Below, in pieces: positions 58,801 through 64,000 of a stretch of 64,000 nucleotides of DNA. Position numbers and translations under genes: made by a program. Within the stretch, counting starts at the first letter, position 1; each line of letters begins with the position of its first letter. Under the pieces are notes generated by a model. That model was not told where the DNA came from and did not search any database. It was given only the letters and a program-made list of their open reading frames with translations. The DNA comes from Eledone cirrhosa (lineage: Eukaryota). Where the stretch lies: assembly GCA_964016885.1 (NCBI GenBank), contig OZ024754.1, positions 39,804,001 to 39,868,000 on the forward strand, read 5' to 3'.

Positions 58801-61245
58801 GGACTCCAGTAAATCACTGGTACTGAATAGTACCAGTGATTTACAACAGATACAAACCGATAGAACAATTTTGGTGCTTATTCCAGTAAATCCTTCAGAG
58901 ATTTCAGACCTGTAGATGTGACCAACGTGAGAACACGGGACCCACTCTATACTTCCTCCACACTGCCATATCTGAAATTGAAAAGGATGGTTTCTGATTT
59001 AGGCACAGGGCCAGCAATTTGGGGGGAGGAGGGGAGAGTCGATCAAAACGACCCCAGTGCATTACTGGTGCTTTGTTTTATCGACCCTGTAAGGACGAAA
59101 GGCAAAGCTAACCTCGGTGGGATTTGAACACAGAACGTAAAGGGACGTAACTCTATGCCACTAAGCATGTTGTCCGACGCTCTACCGATTCTAGCCAATC
59201 CACCGCCCTGAAATAGAAAATACAATAAAATAATAGATAATACAATAAAATCACAACTGAGTTATTTTGTCTCTGTGAATATTGATCATATTTTGAGACT
59301 AGATAAGCAGTACCATTTTACAGAGTGTACCGAGTGCATTTTATTGTGGCACCAGCACTACCATTTTACAGGGTGGCTGGAGGGCATTTTATTGTGGCAC
59401 CAGCACTACCACTTTACAGACTGTACCGAGTGCATTTTATTGTGGCACCAGCACTACCATTTTACAGGGTGGCTGGAGGGCATTTTATTGTGGCACCAGC
59501 ACTACCACTTTACAGACTGTACCGAGTGCATTTTATTGTGGCACCAGCACTACCATTTTACAGGGTGGCTGGAGGGCATTTTATTGTGGCACCAGCACTA
59601 CCACTTTACAGACTGTACCGAGTGCATTTTATTGTGGCACCAGCACTACCACTTTACAGAGTGTACCGAGTGCTTTTTATTGTGGTACCAGCACTACCAT
59701 TTTACAGACTGTACCGAGTGCATTTTATTGTGGCACCAGCACTACCACTTTACAGACTGTACCGAGTGCTTTTTATTGTGGCACCAGCACTACCACTTTA
59801 CAGACTGTACCGAGTGCTTTTTATTGTGGTACCAGCACTACCACTTTACAGGGTGGCTGGAGGGCATTTTATTGTGGCACCAGCACTACCACTTTACAGA
59901 CTGTACCGAGTGCTTTTTATTGTGGTACCAGCACTACCACTTTACAGGGTGGCTGGAGGGCATTTTATTGTGGCACCAGCACTACCACTTTACAGGGTGT
60001 ACCGAGTGCTTTTTATTGTGGTACCAGCACTACCACTTTACAGGGTGGCTGGAGTGCATTTTATTGTGGCACCAGCACTACCTCTTTACAGGGTGGGCTG
60101 GATTGTATGTGTGTGAGTGGGAATATGTGTGCATATTTGTATCTGTTAGTGTGTGTGCATGGATTCTTGGTATGTAGGTATGTATCTGTGAGAGAGGTGT
60201 ATGTGTGTGTCTCTGTGTGCATGTATGTATGCATGTGTGTATGCATGCATTTGTGGCATGTATGTGTGTGTGTGTGAGAGAGAGAGGTGTGAGTCTAATA
60301 GAAATAGTTACCTTGAAAGATAATTCAAAGTTCTCCCCGCCCCATATCTGTAGTCCAGGGTCGTATCCTCCGAGTTCTAGGAAATATTTCCTATCCATGG
60401 CAAACAAACCTCCAGCATGGGTTGGAGAACTGGAGGAAATATAGGCAACAGGACTCTATAAGGGTTGGTCATTTATGGATTCAATAGACAGGCAGATAGA
60501 CATTAGCAACAACAGATATGGAAATATAGACAAGAGGACTTATAACTAGGAGGGTTGGTCATTTATGGACCCAATAGACAGACAGACGTTAACAACAGTA
60601 GATATTCTTTTTTTCTTCTTCAGCCACTTATTACTGAGAGGTTCGTGGGGGCAGAGTCCTCAAACATTCTCCATTCTCTGTCAGAAGCAACTGTTTCCAA
60701 TAGATCTGGGTAGATTCCCAAGTGAGACCAGCCAAGCTCATGGATGTTATAATAATAATAATAATGAAATTATTGTGTACAGTGCTCAGGTGCACAACAA
60801 CTCATCAAAGGTGCATGTATAGTACATAGAATAATGTATAAATGTCAGGGAAGTGAACAGTGTATGAGTCATGAAATACATGTGTGCGTGTGTGTTGGGG
60901 AATTTCAGGAAGCATGGAGGTTTTAAAGGATGCAGTGTCTCGACAGCTAACAACTAATGCAGGTAGTTTGTTCCATGCTTCAGCAACTTCCGAAAGTCAT
61001 GGGAGCTGTGCTGTTTTCTGATTTTGTAGACACATGAAATTCTAAAAGGTGCTCAGAGTTATTGTTGGCAAGATGGTTAATAACTTTGTGGCTGTTTATC
61101 CAACCATCTTGCTCAAGTCTACCCCTGGGTCTCCTGCCAGTTGGTTTTGCGATTCTTTCATGAGACAGTCTAACCATATGCCTGTAATACCAGAGCTGTG
61201 TTCACTCAATTCAAAGAAGAAGCAGCTCTACCTGGAGTGATTCTC

Positions 61246-61277
<32 letters not shown>

Positions 61278-62904
61278 CTGGTGGTGGTGGTACAGCTGCT
61301 TGAATAGTTTCCACCACTATATAGATAAAAGAAACACATTTTCCTGCACCTACTCTCCAAACTACTTCATTGGTCAAATCAAATGATACCAAAGGCTCTG
61401 GTAACAGAATAAAATGATATGTTGCTGTTGCTGAGGCGAACTCTTGTTTCTCCACTCCCAAATGAGACGGAGCTTTCCTTTTTTACATGCCCCACACATT
61501 TCCCATGCTATAAAACCTAATTATATTCAGGATTCTGTGAGATTTAACCCTTTAGCATTTACATTACTCTAAATTTACTATTATATTTTCACAGTAAAGG
61601 CTTTATTTTACATATTTATCTCATATAATATCAAATCTATGAGATTTTGATGTTATTTATTTTACCTTAACATTAGAATGAATAGCAAATTACAGCAGGT
61701 TTCAACAGAAAGAGGTGAGAGAATAATTCTGGCCGGATTTGGCCAGTTTAAATGCTAAAGTTTTAAAGAAAGTTTATACCGATATGGTTCAGTATTGTAT
61801 TTTCTACGTTTCAGTTCTTTTTCTGGTACTTCACTCTCTTTATAAAGAAATCCCCATTCAAATATTCCACGGAACAATTTCATATAAGTTGGTTCGTAAC
61901 TGAAATTATCCCAGTTAATTTTATCAATGATTGGAACTGCCAAGATGGTTCTGCAGAGAAATAAGAAAAACACAAAAAAATATGGCAATAATAACTGTGT
62001 AATAATTTTAGCACAAGGCCAGCAATTTGAAGGGAATGGGGAACATCGCTTAAATCGACATCAGTGCATTACTGGTACTTAATTTTATCAACCTTGTAAG
62101 GATGAAAGGATGAAAGGCAAAGCTGACCTCGGTGGGATTTGAACTTAAAATGTAGAAAGTCATAACTAAATATCACAAAGTATTTTGTATGACGCTCTAC
62201 CGATGCTGCCAATCCACTGCTCAAAAAAACTAAGTGGAGTGTGGGAGTGTTTGTAAAGGTTAAAAGGAGCACCCTAGTGCTGGGGCCATAATAAATATAC
62301 TTGGTAGAGTGTGGGAGTGTTTGTAAAGGTTAGAAGGAGCACCCTAGTGCTGGGGCCATAATAAATATACTTGGTAGAGTGTGGGAGTGTTTGTAAAGGT
62401 TAGAAGGAGCACCCTAGTGCTGGGGCCATAATAAATATACTTGGTAGAGTGTGGGAGTGTTTGTAAAGGTTAGAAGGAGCACCCTAGTGCTGGGGCCATA
62501 ATAAATATACTTGGTAGAGTGTGGGAGTGTTTGTAAAGGTTAGAAGGAGCACCCTAGTGCTTGGGCCATGATAAATATACTTGGTAGAGTGTGGGAGTGT
62601 TTGTAAATTCAGTACTGAAGCAGGGTTACTGACCTCCCATAGAAGTAGATGTAGTTTTGGGTGGGTTTGAATTAAAAGGGTTACTAAGATTACCTGTCAT
62701 ATGCTATGCGAGCCAAAAGTGGCACCAACCAGTTCCGATTACATTCACAATGAGCATCTAAAAATACTATGACATCTCCAGTGGCATATTTTGACCCAAG
62801 TGTCCTTGTACGGATCAAACCTTCTCTCTGTTTGTTACGAAACAGTTTCACTTTGTCTTTAAAATTATTTTTGATATAATTTTCAAGATATGTTTTTAAG
62901 TTTT
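52229..62904 (-). CDS. GALNT7: Polypeptide N-acetylgalactosaminyltransferase (GT27), GALNT7/pgant7-like, 5'-partial, 8 exons in window
   Basis: Exons (-): 62904-62694, 61950-61780, 60429-60312, 58971-58858, 56817-56596, 54638-54537, 53697-53575, 52366-52229; phases consistent. Motifs: [15 protein letters not shown] (DxH), [56 protein letters not shown], then ricin-B lectin repeats. GIFEWG.LYKE and SPTHAGG suggest the T7 subfamily; orthology is not tested. Confidence 0.9.
52842..53405. repeat. 33-bp minisatellite
   Basis: GAGATATTTGGAGAAATATTAGATATAGAATGT. Confidence 0.94.
53575..53697 (-). CDS. GALNT7: GalNAc-T exon (lectin beta)
   Basis: [41 protein letters not shown]. Confidence 0.9.
53735..54140. 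repeat. 81-bp tandem array from the MITE A left arm, ~5 copies
   Basis: CATTTACATTACTCTATATCTACTATTG...ATCTCACATAA. Confidence 0.9.
54537..54638 (-). CDS. GALNT7: GalNAc-T exon (lectin alpha)
   Basis: [34 protein letters not shown]. Confidence 0.9.
55287..55674. mobile_element. Inverted-repeat-headed insertion in (TA)n, Penelope-like
   Basis: ~68-bp inverted arms 55287-55511 (1 mismatch), ~90-nt spacer and ~160-bp tail, flanked by TA runs. Confidence 0.5.
55853..56241 (+). mobile_element. Non-autonomous Helitron
   Basis: A|TCTATATATATAAAG...(GTTT)n 5' end and GGTAATTTGGCTAG|T 3' end, inserted between A and T with no TSD. Confidence 0.65.
56596..56817 (-). CDS. GALNT7: GalNAc-T exon
   Basis: [23 protein letters not shown]...[30 protein letters not shown]. 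Confidence 0.93.
56870..58795. repeat. Compound GTAACA-based satellite: 45-bp array, then 80-bp array
   Basis: 45-bp unit about 56890-57520; 80-bp unit about 57520-58750 (~15 copies). Confidence 0.95.
58858..58971 (-). CDS. GALNT7: GalNAc-T exon
   Basis: [38 protein letters not shown]; donor gtttgt inferred from phase. Confidence 0.85.
59305..60095. repeat. 48-bp SINE-derived minisatellite with alternating variants, ~16 copies
   Basis: GCACCAGCACTACCACTTTACAG(ACTGTACCGAGT or GGTGGCTGGAGG)GCATTTTATTGTG. Confidence 0.94.
60312..60429 (-). CDS. GALNT7: GalNAc-T exon (Gal/GalNAc-T motif)
   Basis: [39 protein letters not shown]. Confidence 0.94.
61780..61950 (-). CDS. GALNT7: GalNAc-T exon
   Basis: [16 protein letters not shown]...[30 protein letters not shown]. 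Confidence 0.93.
62236..62607. repeat. 70-bp minisatellite, ~5 copies
   Basis: ACCCTAGTGC recurs every 70 nt. Confidence 0.93.
62694..62904 (-). CDS. GALNT7: GalNAc-T exon (GT-A fold, DxH)
   Basis: NLKTYLENY...[44 protein letters not shown]. Confidence 0.93.
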
Positions 62905-62960
62905 CTGAAATAAAATAAATTTGAAAATCAGAAATTTTGCCTGAAATTGAAACCAAATAG

Positions 62961-63404
62961 TTAAACCCTTTCATGACTGCATTTCTAATGAAATACACTC
63001 TATTTTAACCATTTAACATTTCTCTATATATACTATTGTATTTTTGTGGTAAAGGCTTTATCTTACATAATTATCTCACAAAATATTGAATCTATGAGAT
63101 TTTGAAGTTATTTATTTTGAGAACAATAACTTAATGTCAGTATGAGCAGCTAGTTACAGCTGGTTTAAACAGAAAGAGGTGAGAGAATTCTGACCGGATA
63201 TGACCAGTTTAAATGCTAAAGGGTTAATTAATTGATGAAGAATTTTGAGGGGGTGACTTAAATTATTAATTATTTCATTAGTAAGATAGTAACTTAATGT
63301 AAGGTTCTTACATCAAATTATGTTGAAAGATTTTAATTTAAATAGGGTGGTTTTATCTCATAGAACTAGAGCTGGTTTTGGCCAGATTGGTAACTAAAGG
63401 GTTA
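62961..63404. mobile_element. Older TTAA-type MITE family B with a nested family A copy
   Basis: Starts AACCCTTTCATGACTGCATTTCTAATGAAA and ends AGAACTAGAGCTGGTTT...AAAGGGTTA; diverged relatives at about 5160-5397, 21965-22144, 33468-33658, 40020-40695, 51664-51885. Confidence 0.6.
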
Positions 63405-64000
63405 CAAGGGGTGGTTTTTATCTCATAGAACTAGAGCTGGTTTTAGCCAGATTGGTAACTAAAGGGTTACAAGGGGTGGTTTTTATCTCATAGAACTAGA
63501 GCTGGTTTTAGTCAGATTGGTAACTAAAGGGTTAAAAGGGGTGGTTTTTATCTCATAGAACTAGAGCTGGTTTTAGTCAGATTGGTAACTAAAGGGTTAC
63601 AAGGGGTGGTTTTTATCTCATAGAACTAGAGCTGGTTTTAGCCAGATTGGTAACTAAAGGGTTACAAGGGGTGGTTTTTATCTCATAGAACTAGAGCTGG
63701 TTTTAGCCAGATTGGTAACTAAAGGGTTACAAGGGGTGGTTTTTATCTCATAGAACTAGAGCTGGTTTTAGCCAGATTGGTAACTAAAGGGTTACAAGGG
63801 GTGGTTTTTATCTCATAGAACTAGAGCTGGTTTTAGCCAGATTGGTAACTAAAGGGTTACAAGGGGTGGTTTTTATCTCATAGAACTAGAGCTGGTTTTA
63901 GCCAGATTGGTAACTAAAGGGTTACAAGGGGTGGTTTTTATCTCATAGAACTAGAGCTGGTTTTAGTCAGATTGGTAACTAAAGGGTTACAAGGGGTGGT
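63344..64000. repeat. 65-bp tandem array from the MITE B terminus, ~10 copies, runs off the window
   Basis: GGGTGGTTTTTATCTCATAGAACTAGAGCTGGTTTTAGCCAGATTGGTAACTAAAGGGTTACAAG. Confidence 0.93.

Noticed and set aside
59275-60177. 300-aa Cys/His-rich repeat ORF resembling a metal-binding protein
   Set aside because: Translation of the SINE-derived 48-bp array; open in two frames; antisense intronic
1944-62904. PARP1, UGT and GalNAc-T as a functional nucleotide-sugar transferase cluster
   Set aside because: Unrelated folds, compartments and pathways; nothing in the sequence supports co-regulation, so adjacency is probably incidental

Overview
AT-rich, repeat-dense eukaryotic (animal) genomic DNA. 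The repeat landscape looks like a coleoid cephalopod (octopus-type) genome, but this is an inference. By reading splice junctions I reconstructed four protein-coding genes. (1) The 3' 22 exons of PARP1 (+, 1944-29163; end of Zn2, Zn3, BRCT, WGR, helical and ART domains, H-Y-E triad intact). (2) Complete LIN52, a MuvB/DREAM subunit (+, 6 exons, 34810-41277, 116 aa). (3) A UDP-glycosyltransferase with an intronless CDS (+, 47827-49341). (4) The 3' 8 exons of a GALNT7/pgant7-like polypeptide GalNAc-transferase (-, 62904-52229). The rest is TTAA/piggyBac-type, Tc1/mariner, Tigger-like and hAT MITEs, tRNA-derived SINEs, RTE/CR1/I-group LINE fragments, a Helitron, Penelope-like hairpins and many minisatellites. 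Most notable observations: a U12-type (minor spliceosome) intron splits the PARP1 catalytic Glu codon and has two in-frame alternative outcomes plus a ~400-nt inverted MITE hairpin next to its branch point; two minimal hammerhead ribozyme motifs; and minisatellites repeatedly born from TE segments or splice junctions. I see no prokaryote-style novel system (no CRISPR, no operon). Most long ORFs in the supplied track are tandem-repeat artefacts.
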